A DNA stretch of 60,365 bases from a virus. Its lineage: Duplodnaviria > Caudoviricetes. The translations under genes were made by a program, and so were the position numbers. This document shows positions 30,306-40,222 of this stretch, piece by piece (the first letter of the stretch is position 1; every line of letters starts with the position of its first letter). Below the pieces are notes generated by a model that saw nothing but the letters and a program-made list of their open reading frames with translations, was not told where the DNA came from and searched no databases. The DNA is taken from the IMG/VR virus record IMGVR_UViG_3300032319_000867, positions 1 to 60,365 of that record, one strand, 5' to 3'.

Positions 30306-31253
30306 ATGGCCATAGATTTTATTGAACGTTGCTTTGGTTCAGCAAAACTTACTAATGCTGGACTTAATGCCAACGTTTGTTGCCCTGTTTGTAACGAAAC
30401 AGATAAAAAGAAACTTGCTATTCGTACAGACAACTGGTTAACAAAATGTTGGGTGTGTGGATATAAAGCAAAAACCATTTATGGTTTATTAAAGCGTTAT
30501 AAACCTTTATACGCCGAAGAATTTATTTCTCAGTTCAATGCTGCATCTCTTGTCTCTGACGCCGAAGAAAATGCCATTAAAAAGGAACTAGAGCTACTTC
30601 AACTACCCACAGGATTTCAATTGCTAGCTGAATGGTGGCATGACTTAGATGATGCTCCTACCCATGTGCGTCAAGCAACAAAATACCTTAAAGATCGTGG
30701 ATTAACAGAACGTGATTTTTGGTATTTCAAATTTGGTGTTACTGAACTTGATAAAAGTTATATTAACAGAATTATTGTTCCTTCACATGACTTAGAAGGT
30801 AATTTAAACTTTTTTACTGCAAGAACTTTTAAGTCTTATGTTAAGCCAAAATATTTTAATCCAAGGTTTCGTAGAGAAACTGTTGTGTTTAATGAAATCA
30901 ATATTGATTGGGATGAAGAACTAACAATTGTTGAAGGCCCATTTGATATGTTTAAAGTAAATGATAATGCAACTTGCTTGCTGGGTAAAGAACTGACCAA
31001 GCACTGTGCTTTGTTTCAAGCTATTGTAACACACAATACTCCTGTGTTGTTGTGTTTAGACAATGACGCAAAACGAGCCACATTAGAAATAGCTAAATTG
31101 CTTTATGATTATGGAACATCAGTTAAAATCTTAGAGCTACCAGAAGAAATAAAAGATCCCGGTGAAATATCTCGCAATAAATTTATGGAATTAAAACAAG
31201 TTAATACTATTGAATTTGATGATGTGTATTACTTGAGAAATATTATCAAGTAA
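30306..31253 (+). CDS. DNA primase (Zn-finger + TOPRIM)
   Basis: CPVC...CWVC; YLKDRG; RIIVP; KYFNP; IVEGPFD; CLDND; KDPG. Confidence 0.85.
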   Translation: MAIDFIERCFGSAKLTNAGLNANVCCPVCNETDKKKLAIRTDNWLTKCWVCGYKAKTIYGLLKRYKPLYAEEFISQFNAASLVSDAEENAIKKELELLQLPTGFQLLAEWWHDLDDAPTHVRQATKYLKDRGLTERDFWYFKFGVTELDKSYINRIIVPSHDLEGNLNFFTARTFKSYVKPKYFNPRFRRETVVFNEINIDWDEELTIVEGPFDMFKVNDNATCLLGKELTKHCALFQAIVTHNTPVLLCLDNDAKRATLEIAKLLYDYGTSVKILELPEEIKDPGEISRNKFMELKQVNTIEFDDVYYLRNIIK

Positions 31254-31268
31254 AGTAGGATTTAATAC

Positions 31269-34200
31269 ATGACAAGAATAGCATTTATTTCTGATTTGCA
31301 TTGGCGAGGTATTACTCGCCACGAAGAATATACAAAAGTTTTTAATACTTTGTTTGTTCAACTAAAAGAACAAATTAAACCAGATTTTATTCTTTGTGGA
31401 GGAGATATTTTCCATACAAAAACTCAAAATATCACACCCGAAGTTATTGACAAAATAACTTGGATGTTTAAAGAACTATCATATATTGCTCCAGTATATT
31501 CTATTCTTGGTAACCATGACGGTAATCTAACCAATGATAATCGTCAAGATACAATCTCTCCGATTATATCAGCCATGAATGATCCAAGAATTGTTTTGTT
31601 TAAAAAAAGTGGCAACTACATTCTTCCAAAAACAAACATCAACCTATGTGTTCTATCATGTTTTGATGAAGCTGGTTGGAACAGTGTTCAAACAGATCAA
31701 GACTTAATCAATATTGCTATGTTTCATGGCTCTGTAAGAGGTTGTGCAACAGACAGTGATTGGGTTATGACACATGGAGAAGCTGAAATCTCTATGTTTG
31801 AACGTTTTGATTTTGCTTTGCTGGGAGATATTCACAAGCAACAGTTTCTTAACCAGCGATGTGACCATGAAGGAACACGCAAGCCTTGGATTGGATATCC
31901 CGGCTCCCTCATCCAGCAAAACTATGGTGAAGATGTTGTTAAAGGTTACCATGTTTGGGATATTCGTTCTGCTGATGATTGGGATGTAACCTTTCATCAA
32001 GTACAAAACGATTATCAATTTGTAACAATTGATTGGAAGGGTGATGTAGCTTCAACAGTCAAAGAAGCCTTACAAGTATCAGAAAAAAACTTGCAACATA
32101 AACGTGTTCGTATTGTTTCAGATCAAACAGTGTTTCATCTTCAAATGAAGGAACTGTATGATGAACTTAAAAACAAGCACAAAGCTAGCGAAGTTGTCTT
32201 TAAGGCTGATAAAGATAGTGTTTCTGAATCTGGATCAGATGAAATTACACATGCAAAAACCTCAAGCCTTAGAAACTCACCAGAAGTGCTTTGTGAGCTT
32301 TATGAATCCTTTGTTGAAAAGGATTATAAAATCGAACTAACTGGTTTACAAAAAGATCAAGCAAAAATTTATGTACAAAAGGCATTGCAAACTATTCGTC
32401 AATCTGAAGACGATGTTGCAAGAGATATTGTGTGGTCTATTAAAGATATGGAGTTTTCTAATCTTTACCGCTATGGGGAAACTAATCGTATTGGTTTTTC
32501 AAATCTAAACGGTATCACAGGTATTTTTGGACCAAATAAAATTGGTAAAAGCTCTATTGTTGGATCATTAATGTTTGGACTTTTTAACACTACAGATCGT
32601 GGACCAGTTAAAAGCTCTTACATCATTAACAAGAATAAAAAAACTGGGCATTCACGAATTACTTTAAATGTTTCTGGTGTTGATTATGTTGTTGAACGTA
32701 GCGTTGCTAAAGCTTTAAAACGTGGTAAAGTAGATGAAGAAAAGGCTGCAACAAAACTACATCTTGCTCGGATTGAAAGTGATGGAACAGAAGTGGAACT
32801 TGTGTCTGAAAACAGCGAATCCAGAACAGATACCGATAAGGTTGTTCGTAAGCTTATTGGTACATCACAAGATTTCTTGCTTACTGCTTTCTCTAATCAA
32901 GGTGGCATGAATCGTTTTATTGACGAAGGTGCAACTCAACGTAAAGCTATTCTTAATAGATTTCTTGATCTTGATATTTTTGAGAAACTTCACAAGATGG
33001 GAAATGAAGAATTTCAAAAGTTTAATGCTATAAGCAGCAAGTTTCGTAACATTAATTGGAACGAAGTAAAAACAACTTGTGAAGCAGCTATTGTTGAATG
33101 TAATCAAAATATCTGTTCTACTAAAGAAGAACTTGAGCTTAAGAAAGCTAGCCGTGAAAAGCTTCGTGGTTGGCTGCAACAACATGGTGCAGACAAGCAA
33201 GCAGATCTACGTCGAAAAGTTGCCGATGCTTTTGACAAAACAGAAAGAATCCAAGGCAAGATTGTATTGCGTCAATCAGAAGCCGATAGCCATAAACAAA
33301 CTTGTAGCCAACTTGGAGAAAGCATTCAAACTCTAAATAATCAAATGGCTAATGTGCAGTTTGCTGATCTTGAATCAAAAGCAGTAAAACTAAAAAGCCT
33401 TAGTCAACAATATAACGATCTTAAGGTTGAAGTTTCTCAAGAACAACAAAAGCTTGCTGCTCAAGTTAAAAGCATTAAGAAGCTTGATCTTGTTCCTTGT
33501 GGTGATTCATTTCCAACTTGTCATTATATCAAAGACAGTCATGCCGACAAAACTTCACATGAAACTCAAAATAAAATTGTTGAAGATATTCTTGCAACAT
33601 ATGAAGCAATGAAATCTGATTTTGAAACTCTTCAACAAGAAAAGATTGAAGAACAAATAAAATCATATCATCGCTGGGAAAAAGAACTTGAAAGCAAGCA
33701 ACAACAATTACAATTTACACAAACCTTGTTGAAAGGTAGCCAAGATGCAATTACCAATCTTCAACAAGAACTTGTTGTTATTAGAGCAGAACACAATTCT
33801 CTGTTAGAGGAGTTAAACAAGCAAGAAGATCTCGGAACAACTATTGAAGAAGAAAAAGTTCTAGCTTCTACAATAAGTGATATGGAGTCAAATCTTCAAC
33901 AGCTTTATGTTAAGCTTGGAGGTTATACTAACAAGCTTGAGCAACTAAACAAAGAAGCAGAAGAAGCCGCAAAGATTATCGAAGAACAAAAAGTTTATGA
34001 TTCTGTTGTTCAAGCTTTTTCCAAGAACGGTATCCCAGCTTATGTGTTGAAGAACAAGCTTCCAGAAATCAATGCAGAGCTTAACAATATCCTTGCTGGT
34101 ATTGTTTCTTTTAGAATCTTTCTTGAAACAGAAGTAGGAAGCAACACCCTTGATGTATTCATTGAAGACAAAGACTCTAGAAGGGTTATAGAGCTTGCTA

Positions 34201-34469
34201 GCGGCATGGAAAAGATGATTGCATCACTTGCTATTAGAGTGGCTCTAATAAGCCTCTCAAGCCTTCCTAAACCTGATATCTTTATCATTGATGAAAGCTT
34301 TGGAGCTTTGGACAGTTCCAACTGTACAAAAGTTATTGAGTTGCTTCAAACAGTTAAAAATCGTTTTAAGAGCATCTTGATAATTTCTCACGTTGAAGAA
34401 ATTAAAGAAGCTGCAAATAATATCATAACGATTTATGATAATGGAACGGAAAGCAACGTTAACTGCTGA
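31269..34469 (+). CDS. Fused SbcD/Mre11 nuclease - SbcC/Rad50 ATPase
   Basis: SDLH, GGDIFH, GNHD, LGDIH, YPGS phosphoesterase motifs, then GPNKIGKSS, coiled coil, ASGMEK, IIDESFGALD, IISH. Confidence 0.92.
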   Translation: MTRIAFISDLHWRGITRHEEYTKVFNTLFVQLKEQIKPDFILCGGDIFHTKTQNITPEVIDKITWMFKELSYIAPVYSILGNHDGNLTNDNRQDTISPIISAMNDPRIVLFKKSGNYILPKTNINLCVLSCFDEAGWNSVQTDQDLINIAMFHGSVRGCATDSDWVMTHGEAEISMFERFDFALLGDIHKQQFLNQRCDHEGTRKPWIGYPGSLIQQNYGEDVVKGYHVWDIRSADDWDVTFHQVQNDYQFVTIDWKGDVASTVKEALQVSEKNLQHKRVRIVSDQTVFHLQMKELYDELKNKHKASEVVFKADKDSVSESGSDEITHAKTSSLRNSPEVLCELYESFVEKDYKIELTGLQKDQAKIYVQKALQTIRQSEDDVARDIVWSIKDMEFSNLYRYGETNRIGFSNLNGITGIFGPNKIGKSSIVGSLMFGLFNTTDRGPVKSSYIINKNKKTGHSRITLNVSGVDYVVERSVAKALKRGKVDEEKAATKLHLARIESDGTEVELVSENSESRTDTDKVVRKLIGTSQDFLLTAFSNQGGMNRFIDEGATQRKAILNRFLDLDIFEKLHKMGNEEFQKFNAISSKFRNINWNEVKTTCEAAIVECNQNICSTKEELELKKASREKLRGWLQQHGADKQADLRRKVADAFDKTERIQGKIVLRQSEADSHKQTCSQLGESIQTLNNQMANVQFADLESKAVKLKSLSQQYNDLKVEVSQEQQKLAAQVKSIKKLDLVPCGDSFPTCHYIKDSHADKTSHETQNKIVEDILATYEAMKSDFETLQQEKIEEQIKSYHRWEKELESKQQQLQFTQTLLKGSQDAITNLQQELVVIRAEHNSLLEELNKQEDLGTTIEEEKVLASTISDMESNLQQLYVKLGGYTNKLEQLNKEAEEAAKIIEEQKVYDSVVQAFSKNGIPAYVLKNKLPEINAELNNILAGIVSFRIFLETEVGSNTLDVFIEDKDSRRVIELASGMEKMIASLAIRVALISLSSLPKPDIFIIDESFGALDSSNCTKVIELLQTVKNRFKSILIISHVEEIKEAANNIITIYDNGTESNVNC

Positions 34470-35520
34470 ACAATCCCTTAACCATTTCAAGTCCAGAACG
34501 AACTTTTTCCTTATCACTCTCTGCTCTAGCAATAGCTTCTGGGGTTTCAGCTTTATCTCTTTTTGCTGAGTTTATATCTTTGTTAGCTTTGTCTTCATAT
34601 ACTCTCAAAAACTCAGATATAAACTCTTCGGCTGAAGAATATTTGGAAAGAGATTTTTTACCGTACATATTGTTTAGTTCAAAACTTGCGGCCAAACCTT
34701 TTACAGCTTTTACCAAAGTTTCAATTTTAATGTTGTTAACATTTACACCGGGATTATCAACAAGAGCTTTATCAACTTTAGCTGTTGACGGATTTCTTCC
34801 AGTAATAAGATTGTATTCATGATCAAATACATCTTTAACAAAAGTATCTGGATTGGTTGTAACTGTTACTAATTCAAAATCTTTACGGGTTGTTGCGTAG
34901 GGTTTTCTTTCTTTATCTTTTGTGCTTTTTTTATATTGAGCACCAGCATGTTGAATGCTTAGATCAAGCAAACTTCCAAGTGTTGAAAACATATTTCCCA
35001 TTAAAAGACCTTTAACGCCTCTTTCTGGTGTTGTTCTATACTTGCCCCAACGTTCCAAAGATTCTGGATGAATAATCATATCAACTTGAACATATTGGTC
35101 TTCTTCAATTTTTAAAATTGGATGCCCTGATTCAGAATCAGGATGAATATAATCCAAATTAGATTCTTTTATATAATCACTTAATAGTTTCCACCAATAA
35201 GATTGAACTTGGCTTGGTGTAAACAATTTATGTTCTGGTAATTCTGGAACAACAAGTTGTAGATCAATATCTCCATAGATTTTATCTTCTGGATCTACTT
35301 CATGATATGAAGAACTACCTAAAGGACTTCCAATTTTTACTTTTGGAATATCTTTTAGTTTAAGAAAAACATTAAACCCATCAATCAATTGATTAGCAAC
35401 CACCAACGCTTTTTTAACTGTTGATGGTCTGATAACTGTTGATTGAGTTGCAATCGTGTCCCAACCACCTTCTAAAAGACTTTCCCAAAGGTGTTGTAGG
35501 GTTTTAAATGTTGTTTTCAT
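34459..35520 (-). CDS. Pol-beta-type nucleotidyltransferase-like protein
   Basis: LGSSS...GDIDL...VQVDM, resembling domain 1 of 9885..12626; N-terminal SLLE|GG. Confidence 0.6.
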   Translation of the reverse strand: MKTTFKTLQHLWESLLEGGWDTIATQSTVIRPSTVKKALVVANQLIDGFNVFLKLKDIPKVKIGSPLGSSSYHEVDPEDKIYGDIDLQLVVPELPEHKLFTPSQVQSYWWKLLSDYIKESNLDYIHPDSESGHPILKIEEDQYVQVDMIIHPESLERWGKYRTTPERGVKGLLMGNMFSTLGSLLDLSIQHAGAQYKKSTKDKERKPYATTRKDFELVTVTTNPDTFVKDVFDHEYNLITGRNPSTAKVDKALVDNPGVNVNNIKIETLVKAVKGLAASFELNNMYGKKSLSKYSSAEEFISEFLRVYEDKANKDINSAKRDKAETPEAIARAESDKEKVRSGLEMVKGLFSS

Positions 35521-35528
35521 TAGATGAA

Positions 35529-35729
35529 CTATTTTTTATCTTTTTGTTCTTCTTTAGAAGGTTTGGTTTTCTTCATGCTACGAAGTTTTTTAAAATCATT
35601 TTTATCAATTTTGCCAAAAGGAGGTGCAACGTCAATTTTATGTTGTTTTCCTTTTAGTTCTTTTTCTTCCATTACTTCTTCAACTGCTTCACGAATAAGT
35701 TCTTTAAGTTGTTCTACGGAAATACGCAT
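35529..35729 (-). CDS. Small putative internal head protein
   Basis: AGGAGT RBS before ATG 35729; MRISVEQLKELIREA; QHKIDVA..GKIDKNDFKKLR. Confidence 0.6.
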   Translation of the reverse strand: MRISVEQLKELIREAVEEVMEEKELKGKQHKIDVAPPFGKIDKNDFKKLRSMKKTKPSKEEQKDKK

Positions 35730-35856
35730 GGGTTTACTCCTAAACAATATATAGTTTTGAATTACCTTTACTTTGGAATAATGGTTTGGCATTATGTAAA
35801 TGTAGCCGATGGGTGCTACAAATAATCAATCGTTCGTATAAAAGAGATATATCAAT

Positions 35857-36141
35857 ATGGTAAAGTCAGTTCGTCTATCAGAATCAGATCGTTTTCTTCT
35901 TGAAACCCTTGGTAAGTTTTGTGTTCGTGCCCGTCATTCAAACTGGGAAAACGTAACGCATAATAACGATACAGAAGCAATGTCGTTTATGCGAGAAATG
36001 TCTAACATGCTCACCTTTAACGAATATCGTGGCCTTATGCAAGGTTGGGGAGATATTCGTCTTCATGGAAATGATGGTCAACTTAACAAAGCGGTAGAAG
36101 ATATTACACAAAGGCTTCAACAACGAGTAGAATCATACTGA
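35857..36141 (+). CDS. Hypothetical protein
   Basis: ORF with highly-expressed-type codons. Confidence 0.55.
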   Translation: MVKSVRLSESDRFLLETLGKFCVRARHSNWENVTHNNDTEAMSFMREMSNMLTFNEYRGLMQGWGDIRLHGNDGQLNKAVEDITQRLQQRVESY

Positions 36142-36194
36142 TCATAATAGTTAAGTAACACATACGCAAGGGAATGTAAAAGTTTCCTTGTTTC

Positions 36195-36265
36195 GGGCCT
36201 GTAGTTAAATGGTATAACTCCTGATTTGCATTCAGAAATTTGCAGTTCGATTCTGCATAGGTCCA
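36195..36265 (+). tRNA. tRNA-Ala(UGC), CCA not encoded
   Basis: Acceptor gggcctg/taggtcc with G3:U70 Ala determinant; loop tttgcat; T-arm tgcag-ttcgatt-ctgca. Confidence 0.85.
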
Positions 36266-36301
36266 CTCAAATTTTCCACTTACCAGTTTTATTCTTTATA
36301 T

Positions 36302-36376
36302 GCCCACTTAGCTCAGTGGTAGAGCTCCTCATTTGTAATGAGGGGGTCATCCGTTCAAATCGGATAGTGGGCTCCA
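36302..36376 (+). tRNA. tRNA-Thr(UGU)
   Basis: gcccact/agtgggc acceptor; cctca-tttgtaa-tgagg; encoded CCA. Confidence 0.92.
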
Positions 36377-36384
36377 TTTCTATT

Positions 36385-36409
36385 GTGGGTTCGAATCCCA
36401 CACTCGGCT
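36385..36409 (+). pseudogene. Orphan tRNA 3' fragment (T-arm + acceptor 3' strand)
   Basis: gtggg-ttcgaat-cccac-actcggc-t with no matching 5' half. Confidence 0.7.
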
Positions 36410-36527
36410 CAGGAATGCTTGAAAGAATTTTCAAGTTTTGAACCATATATATAAGGGTTCAATATCATTTTAATTTCAAAAAAGCGTTTAAAACGCTTGA
36501 AATTAAATTAACCAAAAGGAAAGAGTA

Positions 36528-37013
36528 ATGATTACAGCAGCAGAAGTTATAACTGCAATCCTCGTTTTGTACCCACACATGTCAGGAAACAACCGACAAT
36601 GTATTATTGAACGACGTTCACAAATCGAACAAGTGCTTGTGGAAGCTCAACGTCAATATCCGGCAATGCCAACAGAAATTTTTGCCACCATTGGCTTTAT
36701 GGAAACACATCTTGGATGTGATCATGGAGAAGGTGGTAATTGGGGAGCACCATTATCTCCGCAACAAAGACATATAGCTGGAGCCCCTATCCAAGCCGCT
36801 ACAGCATTATGGCGTTCATATCAAGTATGCGGAACTTGGGATGGTGCAGCACGTAGATTTAGAACAGGTCTTTGCCGTCCTACAGTTATAGGCACAAGAT
36901 ATTCCACAATCGCAGAAAATATTACTAGCAGAATTCGTTTGCGGGTTGATGCTTCAACACATCATGCACAAAGAATTTGCTTAAATACCGCAACAATCTG
37001 CCGTAGCCTATAA
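36528..37013 (+). CDS. Hypothetical protein, possible lysozyme/transglycosylase-like fold
   Basis: A..Y..P.EIFATIGFMET helix ending in a candidate catalytic Glu; CG.W..A..RF..G.C. Confidence 0.4.
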   Translation: MITAAEVITAILVLYPHMSGNNRQCIIERRSQIEQVLVEAQRQYPAMPTEIFATIGFMETHLGCDHGEGGNWGAPLSPQQRHIAGAPIQAATALWRSYQVCGTWDGAARRFRTGLCRPTVIGTRYSTIAENITSRIRLRVDASTHHAQRICLNTATICRSL

Positions 37014-37061
37014 ATTAAAAATTAATTTTATATTCAACAAGTAAATTGTTATTATAAGATT

Positions 37062-37994
37062 ATGAGTCTAGGTGTTTGTTGTCAATGGTTGGAACCATAT
37101 ACCAAGCGTGATGGTTCCGTTGTTTACGAAAATGCTATCAATGAACGTTCACTCCAACTTGGACGTTTTCAACAAGGTGCATATAGCAAATCTTATATTC
37201 GTGAATGTTACATCAACAACATTAACGAGATTATTAATCTTGTGCCAAAGCTTGTAACGAACAATATTAAGTTGTTTCGTTTGTCAAGCAATTTGTTTTC
37301 ATTGTCTGAGTACAACAAAGATGTACTTAACAATGACGAACAGATTAATCTATTGCTTACCAAAGCTGGTAAGGCTTTTATGGATGCGGGAGTTAGAGTA
37401 ACTACCCATCCTGATCAGTTTGTTGTTCTTAGTTCAGATAATCCTGTTACGGTTGAGAATGCTATTAAGGAACTATCTCATCATGCGTGGGTGTTTGATC
37501 GTATGGGTTTCCCAATGTCTCCCCATGCTGCCATCAATATTCATGGTGGCAAGTCGGATCGGTTGGATCAACTTATTCAAGTTGTTTGTAATCTACCAAA
37601 CAATGTGCGTTCTCGTCTTACGTTTGAGAATGATGAAAGCGCATATAGTTTGGTAGATTTGCTAAACGTTAATACAAAAACAAATATCCCTCTTGTTTGG
37701 GATTCGCATCATCATACGTTTAATGACGGTGGTTTGTCACTTGAAGATGCCTTTAGTTTGTCTGTGTATACGTGGAAGGCTAGCGGCTGCAAGCCATTGC
37801 AGCATTTGTCTAACACCACACCGGGACTAGAGAATGGAAACTTCACGGATAGAAGAAAGCATAGTGATTACATTCACTATATTCCAGATTGTCAACGTGA
37901 AGGTTTGTTGATTGATGCAATTGATGTTGATGTTGAGGCTAAGATGAAGAACTTGGCTGTTGATGGAATTAAAACAAATATTTTGAAAGCTTAA
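37062..37994 (+). CDS. uvsE: UV-damage endonuclease
   Basis: LFRLSS, HPDQFVVLSS, INIHGG, LTFENDE, WDSHHH, HLS, HSDYI, VEAKMK. Confidence 0.93.
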   Translation: MSLGVCCQWLEPYTKRDGSVVYENAINERSLQLGRFQQGAYSKSYIRECYINNINEIINLVPKLVTNNIKLFRLSSNLFSLSEYNKDVLNNDEQINLLLTKAGKAFMDAGVRVTTHPDQFVVLSSDNPVTVENAIKELSHHAWVFDRMGFPMSPHAAINIHGGKSDRLDQLIQVVCNLPNNVRSRLTFENDESAYSLVDLLNVNTKTNIPLVWDSHHHTFNDGGLSLEDAFSLSVYTWKASGCKPLQHLSNTTPGLENGNFTDRRKHSDYIHYIPDCQREGLLIDAIDVDVEAKMKNLAVDGIKTNILKA

Positions 37995-39402
37995 TTGATT
38001 CAGTTTTCAAATCCATATTAACTTCAAGTGAAGTATCACTATAATCTCTCAAAGAAAAATTTTCTTTACAATGAAAGTCTTTCTTAGCTGATAGAATTTT
38101 AGATACTAGCACTTTACATTCTAATGAATTAAGAAAATCATAAGCAGTATCTCTGCCTTTACTGCTTCTTATTTCTATTTTATATTCTGTTGTTGATGTT
38201 TGCACTACAATTGTGCATTGTTTTGATTTATTATTTTTATCAATAAAATAAGGATATTTAATATAACCACTGATAAAGTTACCAACTATATCTCTAGCTG
38301 CATTTTCTGTATCAATATTAAAAATTCTAAATGCACCAGATGATGTTTTTCTAAAATAGATGTATCCATATCCAAGTTGAGCAGCTAAATAATCCATTGC
38401 TGCACTTCCGAAAGAAGAATCTATTTCTTTTTTTTCTTCCGAAAGTGGATATTGTTTGTTGTTATCTAACAATCCATTGCCATAAGCTTCAAAACCCATT
38501 CTGATTTTTTCTAAATCAACACCTAACGTTTTGATAAAGATAAAAAATGGAGTATTTTTTTCTGTTACTGTAACTTTTATTGCGTCTTCAGCTTTTTCAA
38601 TAGCAAAGCTACCAGCACAACCTAAATTCGCAAATGTAGCTCCTCTTTCACCTTTCAAACTAACATAAATTGGGACTCCATCCCAACGAAACAAAGTTAA
38701 GTCCCTAACTAAAGAACCAATATTTGAAATATTGCTAGTGAATGGCCTCCTAACTTTGGTGCTTTTTGTTACGAATTCATAACCTACAATGTCTTTAATT
38801 GAGGTTATTAAACCTTCTTGAAGTAAGAAGCACACTAAAGCTTCCCAATTTTCACCTTTAGCAGTTTTAATCTCATTCTCAAACTGAGCTTCAAAATCAT
38901 GACCTTCATTGCTGCCAGCAGCAATAACAATACTAATTGATAAGTTATAAAACTTTGAATCCAGATTTGTATCTTTTACCACATAAGTGGTAAAAGTACC
39001 ACTACCACTACCTGCTGAACCTTTCGGTATTTCTACAACAGATAATCCATCGAACAAAGCTTTTTTTGCGTTATCTAATAATGCTACAAACTCTTCTTTG
39101 GAAAGATTACCTTCAATTAATTCTTTCTTGATTTCATCTTTTGGTTTAATTCTAAAGAAACCTTTTTCGAACTTTTGAAGTTCATAAACATTTGTTTTTG
39201 TTAAAAGGTTTTCGAAAAACAATTTTTTTAAAGGTTTTTTTCCTTCTAATAAATCACTAATATCAACTTCTAGGTTTTTTAAGTCGTTTTTTTGAATTTC
39301 AAGTTTAGAATCTTCTGGGTCTGTAGAAATTGCTTTGCCAAGCAAAACATTTGCTATGATTTCTTCATTACTTTCTTCGAATAAAAAACTTGAAAGTTTC
39401 AT
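37969..39402 (-). CDS. Hypothetical protein, possible PD-(D/E)xK nuclease fold
   Basis: NEGHDFE...RDLTL......IYVSLK; N-terminal MKLSSFLFE|E. Confidence 0.45.
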   Translation of the reverse strand: MKLSSFLFEESNEEIIANVLLGKAISTDPEDSKLEIQKNDLKNLEVDISDLLEGKKPLKKLFFENLLTKTNVYELQKFEKGFFRIKPKDEIKKELIEGNLSKEEFVALLDNAKKALFDGLSVVEIPKGSAGSGSGTFTTYVVKDTNLDSKFYNLSISIVIAAGSNEGHDFEAQFENEIKTAKGENWEALVCFLLQEGLITSIKDIVGYEFVTKSTKVRRPFTSNISNIGSLVRDLTLFRWDGVPIYVSLKGERGATFANLGCAGSFAIEKAEDAIKVTVTEKNTPFFIFIKTLGVDLEKIRMGFEAYGNGLLDNNKQYPLSEEKKEIDSSFGSAAMDYLAAQLGYGYIYFRKTSSGAFRIFNIDTENAARDIVGNFISGYIKYPYFIDKNNKSKQCTIVVQTSTTEYKIEIRSSKGRDTAYDFLNSLECKVLVSKILSAKKDFHCKENFSLRDYSDTSLEVNMDLKTESIKLSKYLF

Positions 39403-39435
39403 TACATACCTCGTAACTTACACATAATATATAGC

Positions 39436-39729
39436 ATGAAAGCATTGATCCACAACGGTAAGCAAGTAAATATTTTACACGATGGGAAACTAGTTGTTAT
39501 GTTTCCTGTAGACAACAATAAAATCATTGTGCCTTTTCATTGTCCTATGTGCGAATATCCAATGAAAACAGCAGAAGACGCTCAAAGTTATAGAGAAGTA
39601 GAATGTTGCAGTATGTGTCAGTTATACTGGGCTAGCAGCAAAACAATTCCCGACAAAACAAGTGAGCGTTGGAAAACATATATGGAACGCAGACATTTAG
39701 CGTTCTTACCACAAATACAGTTGAAGTAA
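39436..39729 (+). CDS. Small Zn-finger protein
   Basis: CPMC...CSMC. Confidence 0.55.
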   Translation: MKALIHNGKQVNILHDGKLVVMFPVDNNKIIVPFHCPMCEYPMKTAEDAQSYREVECCSMCQLYWASSKTIPDKTSERWKTYMERRHLAFLPQIQLK

Positions 39730-39753
39730 ATACTTATTTCAAAAGGATAAGTT

Positions 39754-40212
39754 ATGCCTATTCAACAAAAAGCACGTTATAGACTATTAACCAACTTATT
39801 GGATACTTCGTTTGGTAAATCTTCTGAACGTCAATATCCAAATCATTTTATCAAAATGACAATGCCACTAGAAAACACCATTTTGGTTAAAAGCCAGATT
39901 CTTGTTAATTTAGGCGGCACACAAAATGCTTATATAACAATGCGTCCAAAGTTTCGTGAAGAACTTTTGGAAATGATTCAAAAGCGTTTAGAACGTATTT
40001 CAGACGAATATAAACGTGCAGCAGAAGCAGCAACAGATGAATCAATGCTTTCATATCGTAAACAACCTTACGAAGAAGCTCCAGTTAAAACTGTTAAACT
40101 ATCTGTTGACAATCACACAATTCAAGAATGGCTTGAACACGTTTCAATGAGTGCATACCGTACAAATAAAACATGCATCTACCATCTACATTGTTTGGTT
40201 ACCGTGGCATAA
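39754..40212 (+). CDS. Hypothetical protein upstream of terminase
   Basis: TACTTA motif and AAGGA RBS upstream. Confidence 0.6.
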   Translation: MPIQQKARYRLLTNLLDTSFGKSSERQYPNHFIKMTMPLENTILVKSQILVNLGGTQNAYITMRPKFREELLEMIQKRLERISDEYKRAAEAATDESMLSYRKQPYEEAPVKTVKLSVDNHTIQEWLEHVSMSAYRTNKTCIYHLHCLVTVA

Positions 40213-40222
40213 TACTGTTGTT

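Noticed and set aside
36226-36441. 71-aa ORF, and ORFs 53337..53549, 53476..53697 and 54715..54996
   Set aside because: They overlap tRNA genes and are translation artefacts
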